A DNA stretch of 64,000 bases. Origin: Gemmatimonadota bacterium (lineage in GTDB: Bacteria > Gemmatimonadota > Gemmatimonadetes > Palauibacterales > Palauibacteraceae). Below, piece after piece: positions 9,865 to 20,227 of this stretch; within the stretch, counting starts at the first letter, position 1; every line of letters starts with the position of its first letter. The notes below the pieces were generated by a model. The model worked only from the letters and a program-made list of their open reading frames with translations, ran no database searches and was not told where the DNA came from. A program made the translations under genes and the position numbers. The DNA is taken from the NCBI GenBank assembly GCA_039588275.1, contig JBDHAC010000008.1, positions 32,001 through 96,000 on the forward strand, written 5' to 3'.

Positions 9865-11190
9865 ATGCTCGACCTCCGAACGCTCCGCGCCGACCCCGAG
9901 GCCGCCTTGACCCGCCTCGGTCGACGCGGCGACCCCGAGATCCCGGCACTCGTGCAGACCGTTCTCCGACACGACGAAGACCGACGGCGCCTCATCGCCG
10001 AGGTCGAGTCACTCAAAGCAGACCGTAACACGGCATCCAAAGAGATCGGCGCGCGGAAAGGGCGTGGCGAGGACGCGAGCGAACAGATCGCCGAGATGCA
10101 GAGCCTGGCGAAGCGGATTCGTCAGCTCGATGGCCGATTGGGCGCGGTGGAGAAGTCGCTGCGCGACTCCCTGCTTCAACTTCCGAATCTCCCCGATGAG
10201 CGTGTCCCGCCCGGGGCGGAAGGAGAAGGAGACGTCATCAAGGAGTGGGGAGACCGTCCGGCGTCCGGTGGCCCGGCCCACTGGGACATCGGGTCATCGC
10301 ACGGGACGGCTCGCACCGAGGGAGGGTCCCGATACGGATCCGGTGCATCTCCCGTCCTGGATCTCGAGCGAGGATCCAAGGTGGCGGGTTCGGGCTTCCC
10401 GTTGCTCGTCGACAAAGGGGCCCGTCTCAGCCGCGCCGTCATTCAGTTCATGCTCGATCTGCATACTCGTGAGCACGGATATGTCGAGATCGCTCCACCA
10501 CTGCTGGTGTCGCGTTCCTCGATGATGGCCACGGGGCACGTACCGAAGTTCGAGATGGACGCATACCGCACGGACCCGGACGACCTGTTCCTCGTGCCGA
10601 CCGCCGAGGTGCCGCTCACCAACCTGCATCGCGATGAGATCCTCGCGGGCGAAGACCTGCCGCTCGCGTACGTCGCGTACACACCCTGTTTCCGCCGCGA
10701 GGCCGGCGCCGCTGGGAAGGACACGCGGGGCATGCTTCGGGTGCACCAGTTCGACAAGGTCGAGCTCGTTCGGCTCTGCCGCCCGGAGGACTCGGAACAG
10801 GAGTTGGAGATCCTCACCGGGCACGCCGAGCGTGTCCTCGAGCTGCTGAAGGTCCCGTACCGTCGGGTGCTGCTTCCCGGGGGCGACCTCGGGTTCGCGA
10901 ACTCCATCACGTATGACCTCGAGATCTGGTCGGCGGGAGTGGGCGAGTGGCTGGAAGTCTCGAGCTGCTCGTGCTACACGGACTATCAGGCCCGCAGCGG
11001 CAATATTCGCTTCCGGCCCGCCCCCGGCTCGAGCCCGGAGTTCGTCCATACTCTCAACGGCTCCGCCCTGGCTCTGGCGCGTCTCCTCGTGGCGCTGCTG
11101 GAGAACGGGCACAGGCACGGCGAGGGTGTGATCCTCCCCGAAGCGCTTCACTCCTACCTCGGCTTCGAGCGCATCGAGCCGCTCCCGTGA
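9865..11190 (+). CDS. serS: serine--tRNA ligase
   Basis: MLDLRTLR start, coiled-coil arm, LVPTAEVPLTN, FRREAG, RVHQFDKVE, HTLNGSALA. Confidence 0.97.
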   Translation: MLDLRTLRADPEAALTRLGRRGDPEIPALVQTVLRHDEDRRRLIAEVESLKADRNTASKEIGARKGRGEDASEQIAEMQSLAKRIRQLDGRLGAVEKSLRDSLLQLPNLPDERVPPGAEGEGDVIKEWGDRPASGGPAHWDIGSSHGTARTEGGSRYGSGASPVLDLERGSKVAGSGFPLLVDKGARLSRAVIQFMLDLHTREHGYVEIAPPLLVSRSSMMATGHVPKFEMDAYRTDPDDLFLVPTAEVPLTNLHRDEILAGEDLPLAYVAYTPCFRREAGAAGKDTRGMLRVHQFDKVELVRLCRPEDSEQELEILTGHAERVLELLKVPYRRVLLPGGDLGFANSITYDLEIWSAGVGEWLEVSSCSCYTDYQARSGNIRFRPAPGSSPEFVHTLNGSALALARLLVALLENGHRHGEGVILPEALHSYLGFERIEPLP

Positions 11191-12383
11191 GACGCCGCAT
11201 CGGGGCCCTGCTGGTCGCGCTCGTCTTCGCGGCCGTGCTGCTCTCCTTCCTGGTCTTCACCCAGCAGCAGGCCGCAGTTCTCCGGCGAGACGCCGAGGTG
11301 CTGACGGAGTTGTACGCGCACTCATTCCGGGCGACCACTACGCGGGATACCGAAGTGGAGCGTCAGGCCTCGGCCCGGACGCAACTGACCGTGCTGGGCG
11401 AGTTGCGACGACTGCAGATCCCCATCGTCACCACCGACACGCTCGGTCGTCCCATCGATAAGGCATTCCTCCCGTTCGAAGTGCGCGACGGCGTCGCAGC
11501 CGATTCGGCCCGCCTGCTCCGGTACATTCGGGATCTGGACGAGCGGAAGCCGCCGCTCGAGTTCGAAGAGGGAGGTCTGACCGTACACTTCGGCGAGCCT
11601 CGTTTCCTGCGGCGGCTGCGCTGGATTCCATGGCTCCAGGCCGCCGCGCTCCTCGCCGTCGTCGGCGGCGGTGCGTGGATGGTGTTCACCTCGTTCCGCA
11701 GCGAGCGGGAGAGGATCTGGTCAGCGATGGCGCGAGAGTCCGCCCACCAGATGGGGACGCCGCTCAGTTCGCTCGTGGGGTGGCTCGAAGTACTCGAGGG
11801 TCGCGTCCGGCCATCATCATCAGAGCCGGGTGATCCTGACCTCATCGACGAGATGGCCGCGGACGTGCAGCGCCTTCAGAAAGTCTCACGCCGGTTCGAG
11901 CTCATCGGACTGAAACCTGACCTCGAGCCGGTGTCGGTGGGCCGCATCGTAGAGCACCTTCGCCGCTACTTCTCCGCTCGACTGCCGTCGCTCGGGAGCG
12001 CCGTACGATTCGAGATCGACATCCCCGCCGACGCGCCGGTCGTTCTCGGTAACCGGACGCTGCTGGAGTGGGCGTTCGAGAACCTGATCAAGAACTCGAT
12101 CGACGCGATGGCCGGGCAGGACGGCGTGATTCGTGTGGCGTATCTGGGGCCGAACGGCGGGCGATCCGTCTACCAGGTGCACGACACCGGGCCGGGTGTA
12201 CCGGCCCATATTCGCGACAAGCTCTTCGAGATCGGCGTCACCACGAAGGAACAGGGCTGGGGAGTCGGGCTCTCTCTCACGCGCCGGATCATCGAGGACA
12301 TGCACGACGGATCGATCCACCTGGAAGGCACGACGGAGGGCGCGAGTTTTCGCATCGAGCTCCCCGTGGCGCGCCGAGCCTAG
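11187..12383 (+). CDS. membrane sensor histidine kinase (2 TM, HisKA, HATPase)
   Basis: H-box ESAHQMGTPLS, N-box ENLIKNSIDA, DTGPG, GWGVGLS; GTGA overlap with serS. Confidence 0.92.
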   Translation: MRRRIGALLVALVFAAVLLSFLVFTQQQAAVLRRDAEVLTELYAHSFRATTTRDTEVERQASARTQLTVLGELRRLQIPIVTTDTLGRPIDKAFLPFEVRDGVAADSARLLRYIRDLDERKPPLEFEEGGLTVHFGEPRFLRRLRWIPWLQAAALLAVVGGGAWMVFTSFRSERERIWSAMARESAHQMGTPLSSLVGWLEVLEGRVRPSSSEPGDPDLIDEMAADVQRLQKVSRRFELIGLKPDLEPVSVGRIVEHLRRYFSARLPSLGSAVRFEIDIPADAPVVLGNRTLLEWAFENLIKNSIDAMAGQDGVIRVAYLGPNGGRSVYQVHDTGPGVPAHIRDKLFEIGVTTKEQGWGVGLSLTRRIIEDMHDGSIHLEGTTEGASFRIELPVARRA

Positions 12384-12395
12384 TCACGACCCTGG

Positions 12396-14663
12396 ATGCG
12401 GATCCGACTCAACCCCGAGCAACGAAGCGCAGTCGAGCACGGCGAGGGGCCGCTACTCGTGCTCGCCGGAGCGGGTTCCGGCAAGACCCGCGTCCTGACC
12501 ACACGCGTCGCCCATCTCATCGAGACCGGAGACGTACCTCCGCACCGCATCCTCGCGGTGACGTTCACCAACAAGGCGGCGTCCGAGATGCGGGAGCGCA
12601 TCGAAGCGCTGACCGGTGGCGAGGCTCGCGGTCTGTGGATCGGGACGTTCCACTCCCTCGCCGCACGATTGCTTCGACGCGAGGCCGACCACTCGAGCCG
12701 AGACCGCCGGTTCACGATCTACGATGAGGACGATTCGATACGCGCGGTCAAGGATGCCATGGAGACGTGCGGGCTGGATCATCGCCGCTGGTCGCCCCGG
12801 GCCTTCCGAAGCCGCATATCCTCCGCAAAGAACGCTCTCATCGGCCCCTCGGACTATGCCGTGTCCGCTTACGATCTGTTGTCACGCTCGGTGGCGGATG
12901 TGTACCCCGCGTACGAGAAGCTGCTCGCCCGGCGTAACGCGTACGACTTCGACGATCTGCTGTTCGAATGCGTGCGCGTGCTCGAGGGCGTGAAGGAGGT
13001 GCGGGAAAGGTACGCAGAGCAGTTCCTGCACGTCTTGGTGGACGAGTACCAGGACACGAACCACGCCCAGTACCGGATGGTCAAGGCATTCGGGAGCCTG
13101 CACCAAAACGTGTGTGTCGTCGGGGATGATGACCAGTCGATCTACGCGTGGCGTGGCGCCGATCTGAGGAACATTCTGGATTTCGAGCGTGACTTCCCCG
13201 GGGCGCACGTCGTGCGATTGGAGCAGAACTATCGCTCAACAGGCTCGATCCTCGACGTGGCCAACGCGGTCATCTCATGCAATGTCGCGCGCAAGCCGAA
13301 GCGGTTGCACACCGAGCGCGAGCCGGGCGAGCCCATCCTCGTCACGCGCACCGCGAACGAGCGGCGGGAGGCGAGCTGGGTCGTGAACCAGGTACGCGCC
13401 CTGGAGGGTCTGTACGGCTACGGCGATTGCGCTGTGCTGTACCGCACGAACGCGCAGTCCAGAGCCTTCGAGGAGTCGCTTCGCAGAGCCGGTCTGCCGT
13501 ATCGAATCGTGGGCGGAGTGCCGTTCTACGAACGGCGTGAGATCAAGGATGTGATCGCCTACCTGCGCTTGGCCGTAAACCCGGCGGATGATGCGGCCTT
13601 CGAGCGCGCGATCGGCTGGCCGCGCCGCGGCGTCGGAGACGTGACGCTGGAGCGCCTCCAGGAGGCCGCGGAGGGCCGCGATGCGCCACTGCTCGAGACC
13701 GCGGCCGCGGCCGGCGAGATCGAGGGGATTCCGGTTGGGGGTGCACGTTCGCTCGTCGACTTCGCCGAGCGCATGACCCGGCTGCAGAAGGAACAGACCG
13801 GGATGAGCGCTAGAGCCGCTCTCGAGAGTTGCGTCAAGAGCTTCGGCCTCGCTACCGCCCTGGCCGAGGAGGAGGATGGCGCCGACAGGCTGGAGAACGT
13901 GAGCGAGTTGTTGGCGACCGCCTCATCCTTCGACCGCGCGGAGGTCGATGACGCGGCAGCAGACGCGAGCGATCTCGAGCTGTACCTGCAGACGGTAGCG
14001 CTTCGCTCCGAGATCGACGATGTGGACTTCGACGGGGACGCGGTCACGCTCATGACCCTCCACAACGCGAAAGGACTGGAGTTCCCGGTCGTGTTCCTCG
14101 CCGGACTCGAGGAGGGGCTGTTCCCGCTCTCGCGGGCGATGGAATCGGAGGGTGGGATCGAAGAGGAAAGGCGTCTCTTCTACGTGGGCGTCACGCGGGC
14201 GATGGATCGCCTGCACCTGAGCTACGCCGACCGTCGCTGGCGGGCTGGCACCGAGAGTCGGTCCTCGCCATCGAGTTTCCTCGACGAGCTACCGGACGGT
14301 CCGGTTGAACGCCGATTGGCGGGTGGCGCCTTCGGTCGGTCGCGTCGGTCATCGACCGGCTCGGCGATCGGCCGTCCGGTGGGAGAGGCCTCGGTCGTGT
14401 ACGACTGGCGGCGGAGCGTGGACCGTACGGCGAGCTCCAGCGCGCCGCGCGCGGCGGATTCCGACGAGTTGCAGTACGACTACTCCGACAGTCAGGTGCC
14501 TCTCCAGCTTGAGCCAGGGGCACGAATCGTCCACCCCCGATTCGGCGAGGGGCGGGTGCTGGCGGTGAGCGGCGTCGGGCGGGAAGCGAAAGCAGAGATC
14601 GAGTTCGAGGAGGTGGGCACGAAGAAGGTCGTCGTGGCCTACGCCGGTCTGCGTCCGGCGTGA
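12396..14663 (+). CDS. pcrA: ATP-dependent DNA helicase PcrA/UvrD
   Basis: LAGAGSGKT, TFTNKAA, VDEYQDTN, VGDDDQSIY, LEQNYRS, EEERRLFYVGVTRA, C-terminal Tudor-like HPRFGEG. Confidence 0.95.
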   Translation: MRIRLNPEQRSAVEHGEGPLLVLAGAGSGKTRVLTTRVAHLIETGDVPPHRILAVTFTNKAASEMRERIEALTGGEARGLWIGTFHSLAARLLRREADHSSRDRRFTIYDEDDSIRAVKDAMETCGLDHRRWSPRAFRSRISSAKNALIGPSDYAVSAYDLLSRSVADVYPAYEKLLARRNAYDFDDLLFECVRVLEGVKEVRERYAEQFLHVLVDEYQDTNHAQYRMVKAFGSLHQNVCVVGDDDQSIYAWRGADLRNILDFERDFPGAHVVRLEQNYRSTGSILDVANAVISCNVARKPKRLHTEREPGEPILVTRTANERREASWVVNQVRALEGLYGYGDCAVLYRTNAQSRAFEESLRRAGLPYRIVGGVPFYERREIKDVIAYLRLAVNPADDAAFERAIGWPRRGVGDVTLERLQEAAEGRDAPLLETAAAAGEIEGIPVGGARSLVDFAERMTRLQKEQTGMSARAALESCVKSFGLATALAEEEDGADRLENVSELLATASSFDRAEVDDAAADASDLELYLQTVALRSEIDDVDFDGDAVTLMTLHNAKGLEFPVVFLAGLEEGLFPLSRAMESEGGIEEERRLFYVGVTRAMDRLHLSYADRRWRAGTESRSSPSSFLDELPDGPVERRLAGGAFGRSRRSSTGSAIGRPVGEASVVYDWRRSVDRTASSSAPRAADSDELQYDYSDSQVPLQLEPGARIVHPRFGEGRVLAVSGVGREAKAEIEFEEVGTKKVVVAYAGLRPA

Positions 14664-14748
14664 CTCCCCCGAGGTGGTCCAGGGTGAAGTCACGACCTCG
14701 GATTGCCGTGGTCGCTGACGCTTCCCTCGGGGATCGGGGATCGACCGT

Positions 14749-15228
14749 CTAGGATCCCGTCTCGGCGTTACGGCCGAGGCCGGCGATCGCGCGTCTCAGC
14801 CGCCGGGTGCCCGGTTCCTTGCGCCGCCCGCGCAGCCCGCGGAGCAGGGAAGCGCTGGTCAGAAACGTCTCTTCCGCCTCTTCTTGAACCACCGCCAGGA
14901 GGGCCGTCACCTCCGCGACGCGCTCCTCGACGAGGTCCAACATGCGCCCGGTCGAGTCGCTGACCCGGCGCATCGCTCGACCGACCTCGTCGGCGTCTGT
15001 GCGAAGCGTGGAGACGAGGTAGTTTGCATCCTCGCTGGCGCGCTCCACGTTACGGAGCACGGGTTGAAGCCGGGTCTGGAGCTCACGAACGGAGTCGGCC
15101 ACGTGGCCGATCGGCTCGCGGGTTCGGCGGAGAATCGAAATCGCGTAGATCACGCACACGAGAAGGGCCAGCGCGATGACGATCCATAGGCCCACCCCGA
15201 TGACGATCACTGTCTCGTAGGTGCTCAA
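14749..15228 (-). CDS. single-TM coiled-coil protein (DUF948/YoxC-like)
   Basis: N-terminal hydrophobic helix then heptad helices; GGAGG upstream of TTG start. Confidence 0.75.
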   Translation of the reverse strand: MSTYETVIVIGVGLWIVIALALLVCVIYAISILRRTREPIGHVADSVRELQTRLQPVLRNVERASEDANYLVSTLRTDADEVGRAMRRVSDSTGRMLDLVEERVAEVTALLAVVQEEAEETFLTSASLLRGLRGRRKEPGTRRLRRAIAGLGRNAETGS

Positions 15229-15462
15229 GCGGCCTCCAACGGCAAGTTCAAATGGCTGCCCGACCTCGACGCAAGAGCAAGCCTCATGCCGATTTCCAGT
15301 ATAGGGCAGCGGATCGGGCCCTGCTAGCGGGCCGCGTTTGCTGCGCTCGCTACCCGCTCTCTACTTTGATGCAAGAATCCAGCGAGGCGCCCATTTCCGT
15401 GGTGTGTCTCGCACAGGCCGCACGCCAGATCGAGCGACCTGCCAGACGCGTTTGAGGGATTG

Positions 15463-16770
15463 ATGAGCTACTATCGGATCCGCGGACCGGCCGAGCTCTC
15501 CGGGACATTTCAACCGGCAGGGAACAAGAACGCCGCGCTCCCGATCCTCGCCGGAACGCTGCTGACGACCGAGCCGGTGAGACTCGAGAATGTTCCCGAT
15601 ATCCAGGATGTCCGCACGCTCCTGATCCTACTCGAAGCCCTGGGAGCGGAGGTCGAGTGGACCGGTCCAAACGATGTGGAGATCTGCTCGGGGTCTATCG
15701 ATGACCCTCGACTCGATGCGGAGCTGGCAAGGGAGATACGCGCTTCCGTTCTGCTGGCGGGCCCCATGTTGGCGCGGTTCGGGGCCATCGAGCTTCCCGC
15801 ACCCGGCGGCGATTTCATCGGGCGACGACGCCTCGACACGCACTTCCTGGCGCTTCGCGCCCTCGGTGCGGAGCTGGAGGTCGGGGGTGTCTACACGTTG
15901 CGCGCCCAGAAGCTCGAGGGCGCGACGATCTTTCTCGATGAGCCCTCGGTGACCGGTACGGAGAACGCCATCATGGCGGCCGTCACCGCACGGGGCGTCA
16001 CCCGATTGCGCAACGCGGCGGCTGAGCCTCACGTGCAGGACCTTTGCCGGTTCTTGGTCACGCTGGGCGCGCGGATCGAAGGAATCGGCACCCACTATCT
16101 GACGATCGAGGGCGTTGAATCGCTCTCTGGAGGGGAGCATCGAATCGGGCCCGACCACATCGAGATCGGGAGCATCATCGGGTTGGCGGCTTCGACCGGC
16201 TCGTCCGTCCGGATCACCGACGTCGATCTCGCGACGTTCGATCCGGTGCGGGTGGGGTTCCAACGGCTGGGGGTAGAGTTCGAGTGGCGGGATGGGGTGC
16301 TCGACGTGCTGGGGGGAGGGGCCCTGGAGGTTCAGCCGGACATAGGGAACCAGATCCCGAAGATCGACGATGGACCTTGGCCCGCCTTCCCGGCCGATCT
16401 GACCAGCATCGCGCTCGTCACGGCGACGCAGTGCCGTGGGACCGTGCTCATCCACGAAAAGATGTTCGAGTCCAGGATGTTCTTCGTTGACAAGGTCGTC
16501 GGCATGGGCGCGCGAATCGTGCTGTGTGATCCGCACCGAGCCGTCGTCGTCGGTCCCTCACCGCTGCACGGAGCGCGGCTGGAGAGCCCCGACATTCGAG
16601 CCGGCATGGCCCTCCTCATCGCCGCGCTGGCGGCCGAGGGAGAGAGCCGAATCTACAACATCCGGCAGATCGAGCGCGGGTACCAGCGAATCGACGTACG
16701 GCTGCGTGAGTTGGGGGCCGAGATCGAGCGCCTCACCGAGGAGGGCGACTACGAGGAGCCGGTGACCTAG
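15463..16770 (+). CDS. murA: UDP-N-acetylglucosamine 1-carboxyvinyltransferase (Asp-type active site)
   Basis: [47 protein letters not shown]. Confidence 0.96.
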   Translation: MSYYRIRGPAELSGTFQPAGNKNAALPILAGTLLTTEPVRLENVPDIQDVRTLLILLEALGAEVEWTGPNDVEICSGSIDDPRLDAELAREIRASVLLAGPMLARFGAIELPAPGGDFIGRRRLDTHFLALRALGAELEVGGVYTLRAQKLEGATIFLDEPSVTGTENAIMAAVTARGVTRLRNAAAEPHVQDLCRFLVTLGARIEGIGTHYLTIEGVESLSGGEHRIGPDHIEIGSIIGLAASTGSSVRITDVDLATFDPVRVGFQRLGVEFEWRDGVLDVLGGGALEVQPDIGNQIPKIDDGPWPAFPADLTSIALVTATQCRGTVLIHEKMFESRMFFVDKVVGMGARIVLCDPHRAVVVGPSPLHGARLESPDIRAGMALLIAALAAEGESRIYNIRQIERGYQRIDVRLRELGAEIERLTEEGDYEEPVT

Positions 16771-17558
16771 TGACGTCGGGATCCGGGGCGACCGCCCCCG
16801 AACCGGTCCCGGGAAGCGACGGCGAGTGCAAGCATGAGGCTCCACGCGACGAGATCCCGAGCGATCTGGCACACGCTGAGTGGGAAGAGCGCTTTCCCAG
16901 TGTCGTATGCGGGATCACGACGGCCTTCGATGCGGACTACGGTCTATCTCGGGGCGATGCCGGCAGCCGTCTGGAGGCGTATTCCTCCCTCGGGGCGCGA
17001 CTCGGATTCGCCGCCGTCGCTGTGGGGCGTCAGGTTCACGGCAACGATGTCCAGGTCTTGGATTCGGGACCGGTAGCCGGGCTTCTTCTCGCGGGCCAGG
17101 TCGATGGGCTCGCGACGGCGTGCTCGGGCCTCTTGCTCGCGGCGACCGCGGCGGACTGCGTGCCGGTCCACCTGTATGACCCCCTCTGCGGCGCGCTCGG
17201 GCTGCTTCACGCCGGCTGGCGTGGTACCGCCGAAGGGATTCTCCGGGGTGGAATCCGCGCCATGAGCTCGCTGGGTGCCGCTCGCGACTCTGTTCATGTG
17301 CACCTTGGGCCCGCGATCTGCGGCCCTTGCTACGAGGTGGACGAACCCGTTCTCCGTGCGCTCGGGCTGCGCGGAGATCGAGATCACGTGGACCTGCGGG
17401 CTGTCCTCTCCAACCAGGCGAGGAAGGAGGGGATCGTGGACCGCCACATCAGCGTCTCCCCATGGTGCACGCGTTGCAGCGAGGGCTTGTTACACTCACA
17501 CCGGGGACGGGGCGCCGCGGCCGGACGAATGGCCGCGTACCTGGGGCGTAGAGAATAG
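16770..17558 (+). CDS. pgeF: PgeF/YfiH family (purine nucleoside phosphorylase / peptidoglycan editing factor)
   Basis: QVHG, ADCVP, HAGWRG, GPAICGPCYEV, CTRC, SHR. Confidence 0.88.
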   Translation: MTSGSGATAPEPVPGSDGECKHEAPRDEIPSDLAHAEWEERFPSVVCGITTAFDADYGLSRGDAGSRLEAYSSLGARLGFAAVAVGRQVHGNDVQVLDSGPVAGLLLAGQVDGLATACSGLLLAATAADCVPVHLYDPLCGALGLLHAGWRGTAEGILRGGIRAMSSLGAARDSVHVHLGPAICGPCYEVDEPVLRALGLRGDRDHVDLRAVLSNQARKEGIVDRHISVSPWCTRCSEGLLHSHRGRGAAAGRMAAYLGRRE

Positions 17559-17602
17559 CGGCAAGCGGGGACACGACCGGGCTCGGTAACGGGGGCTCGC
17601 GG

Positions 17603-17631
17603 TTGCCCAAGACCCCTACACATCTTATCTT
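17603..17631 (+). promoter_or_regulatory. sigma70-type promoter of the rimP-nusA-infB operon
   Basis: TTGCCC-N17-TATCTT. Confidence 0.6.
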
Positions 17632-17690
17632 GAAAGCCGCTGGTTAACAGGGATTCGGCGCGGGTCGGCCGGGTCACATGATGTCTAACG

Positions 17691-17722
17691 AAGTGGGGAA
17701 GCTGTAACGGCCCCACTTTTTT
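17691..17722 (+). terminator. rimP-leader terminator/attenuator hairpin
   Basis: AAGTGGGG...CCCCACTT stem followed by a T-tract, between promoter and rimP start. Confidence 0.75.
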
Positions 17723-17736
17723 GTTGTCGGTCGGTC

Positions 17737-18264
17737 GTGGAGCAGGAGCGACAGGAAGGAGCAGCGAGCCGGGATCCGATCGAGCCGCGCGCCGCTCTTA
17801 TCGAGCGCGTCGTAGCCGATCTCGGCTTCGAGCTGGTCACACTGGAGCGAGGAGGCGGGCGGCGACGTCCACTTCTGCGACTCCGTGTGGACCGGCCGGA
17901 GAGCGAGCCCGGGCGCTCCTCCATAACGGTGGATGATTGTGCGGCCGTGAGCCGCGCGGTGCGTGCCGCCCTCGAGACCGAGGACGGCGATGAGGTGGAG
18001 TACATTCTCGAAGTCTCGTCGCCAGGGGTCGAACGTCCGTTGACGCGGCCACGGGATTTCGAGCGCTTCGCGGGACAGGTGGTTCGAATCCGGGGCTACG
18101 CGCCGTTCGCCGAGCGCGGGCGGCGGCTGGAAGGCGTGCTACTCGGGATATCGAGCCGGGACAGTGACGCGGTCGCCCTGGAGGTCGGGGGCGAGAAGAT
18201 CCAGGTCCCGATGCAGGAAATCGCGACGGCAAAGCTCGTGTACCGATGGGAGGACGATCTCTGA
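17737..18264 (+). CDS. rimP: ribosome maturation factor RimP
   Basis: ITVDDCAAVSR, YILEVSSPGVERPL; position before nusA. Confidence 0.95.
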   Translation: MEQERQEGAASRDPIEPRAALIERVVADLGFELVTLERGGGRRRPLLRLRVDRPESEPGRSSITVDDCAAVSRAVRAALETEDGDEVEYILEVSSPGVERPLTRPRDFERFAGQVVRIRGYAPFAERGRRLEGVLLGISSRDSDAVALEVGGEKIQVPMQEIATAKLVYRWEDDL

Positions 18265-18295
18265 GGTCGCGGACCAACGAGTCAGACGAGAGAGT

Positions 18296-19837
18296 ATGAG
18301 CGATCAGATTCCGGTCGTTGAAGCATTCCGGATGATGGCAGCGAATAAATCGCTGTCAGAGTTCGAGTTGCACGACCTCATTCGCGAGGGGATTCATGCT
18401 GCACTCGCGCGGCGCTTTGGCGGGCCCGTCGAGGCCGAGATCGAATTCGACGGAGAGGGTGACATCAAGATCACCGTGCTCAAGGAAGTCGTCGAAGACG
18501 TCGAGGACCCGGCGCGTCAGGTGAGCCTCGAGCAGGCTCGCTGGGACGATCCCGATTTCGAGGTGGGTGACCTGCTGGAGATTCCGGTCTCGTTCCGCGA
18601 GTTCGGTCGGAGTGCCGTCATGGCGGCGAAACAGCGGATCATCCAACGCGTGCGAGAGGGTGAGCGCGAGCGGATTCGAGAGGAATTCAGCGACCGGATG
18701 GGCGAGCTGGTCTCCGGGGAGATACAGGCAATCGAACGGGGCAAGCTCGTCGTGATGCTCAACCGTTCGCGTGAGGCGGAGGCGATCATCCCGTGGCGGG
18801 AACAGAATCCCCGAGAGCGATTCCGGCAGGGTGATCCGATTCGTGCCGTCCTCAAGCTGCTGGAGGAGACCCCGCGCGGACCGCGCTTGATCCTGTCCCG
18901 TGCGGACCCGCAGTTCGTGGCCGCTTTGTTCGCCCTCGAGGTGCCTGAGATTTATCAGTCGATCGTCGAGATCCGTGAGATCGTACGGGAAGCTGGCGGG
19001 CGGACGAAGATCGCCGTTTCCTCACGCGACGAATCGGTCGATCCGGTCGGCGCGTGCGTCGGGTTGAAAGGCTCGCGCGTCCAGGCCGTCGTGTCCGAGC
19101 TGTCGGGCGAGCGGATCGACATCGTGCCATGGCACCCCGATCCCGAGATCTTCGCGCGCCGCGCGCTCGCACCCGCGCGGGTCGCGAAGGTGATCTCGGA
19201 CGCCGCGAGACATGTCATCACCGCGATCGTGGACGAGGATCAGCTCTCGCTCGCGATCGGCCGAAACGGCCAGAACGTACGCCTGGCCTCTCAGCTGATC
19301 GGCTGGCAGATCGACCTCTACTCGAGCCGCGACTGGATGGAGCGCGGGGCCGAGTCCTCGCTGTTCGGCGGGGGCGAGGAGTACGAGATGGCCGATTTTC
19401 CGCTCTCGGAGCTTGAGGAGATCACGCCCGCCACCCTGGCCGCACTCGAGGCGGCCGGCGTGAGCACCTTCTTCAATCTCCTGGACATGGACCGCAGCGA
19501 CTTTCTCCAAGTGCCGGGGATCGGACCGGAGGAAGCCGATCGGCTGGAAGCGCTGATCGATGAGCTGACCGTGGTGGAGGAAGCGACAGTCGAAGCGCCG
19601 GCGGCTGACATGGAGGAAGGGGACACTTCCGTGGAGGCCACAGCGGACGCCACAGAGACCGCGGAGGCGTCCGAGGAGGGCGAAGCGCCGGAGGCTGAAG
19701 AGCCGGTTGGTGCCGATGAGGGCCCGGTTGGCGAGGACGAGAGCGAGGCGGCGGCCGGTATCGCTTCCGAGGACGCCGCGGACGCGATCGGGGAAGCCGA
19801 GCCGGAAGCGGAGGCGGCGGAAGCGGAGGCAACGTGA
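18296..19837 (+). CDS. nusA: transcription factor NusA with long acidic C-terminal tail
   Basis: FGRSAVMAAKQ, S1, KH (VGACVGLKGSRV; LAIGRNGQNVRLA), HhH. Confidence 0.96.
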   Translation: MSDQIPVVEAFRMMAANKSLSEFELHDLIREGIHAALARRFGGPVEAEIEFDGEGDIKITVLKEVVEDVEDPARQVSLEQARWDDPDFEVGDLLEIPVSFREFGRSAVMAAKQRIIQRVREGERERIREEFSDRMGELVSGEIQAIERGKLVVMLNRSREAEAIIPWREQNPRERFRQGDPIRAVLKLLEETPRGPRLILSRADPQFVAALFALEVPEIYQSIVEIREIVREAGGRTKIAVSSRDESVDPVGACVGLKGSRVQAVVSELSGERIDIVPWHPDPEIFARRALAPARVAKVISDAARHVITAIVDEDQLSLAIGRNGQNVRLASQLIGWQIDLYSSRDWMERGAESSLFGGGEEYEMADFPLSELEEITPATLAALEAAGVSTFFNLLDMDRSDFLQVPGIGPEEADRLEALIDELTVVEEATVEAPAADMEEGDTSVEATADATETAEASEEGEAPEAEEPVGADEGPVGEDESEAAAGIASEDAADAIGEAEPEAEAAEAEAT

Positions 19838-20184
19838 GCCAACTGAAGAGTGTGAGCCGACGAGAGAGGTCGCCGATCCGAGAGCCCGAGCGCAGCGCGC
19901 TCCAGACCTTGGGGCTCGCCCGCCGGGCGGGACGGGCGGCCGTGGGAACCCGGGCGGTGTTGACGGCTGCCCGCTCACGTCGGCTCGAGGCCCTCATCGT
20001 TGCCCATGACGCCTCGCCGAACGCGATGGAGCGGGTACGGGGCGCCGCACGCGGAGTCCCGATCGTGAAGTGCGGAACGCGCGAGACGCTCGGATTGGCC
20101 ATCGGTCGAGGACCTGTGGCCCTGGTGGGCGTCACGGATCGCGAATTCGCACGCCGGATCGCGGCGGGCGTGCTGGCAGCGTAA
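19834..20184 (+). CDS. L7Ae/YlxQ-family RNA-binding protein
   Basis: LGLARRAG...G, AHDAS, LGLAIGR, VGVTD; between nusA and infB. Confidence 0.85.
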   Translation: MSQLKSVSRRERSPIREPERSALQTLGLARRAGRAAVGTRAVLTAARSRRLEALIVAHDASPNAMERVRGAARGVPIVKCGTRETLGLAIGRGPVALVGVTDREFARRIAAGVLAA

Positions 20185-20227
20185 GAGAGAGCCAAGAGGC
20201 CGAGGTAGACTCGGGCAGGAGGAGTCG

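Noticed and set aside
14664..14748. Nested inverted repeats between pcrA and the convergent gene as MITE/REP
   Set aside because: No second copy in the window and no target duplication; likely terminator structure
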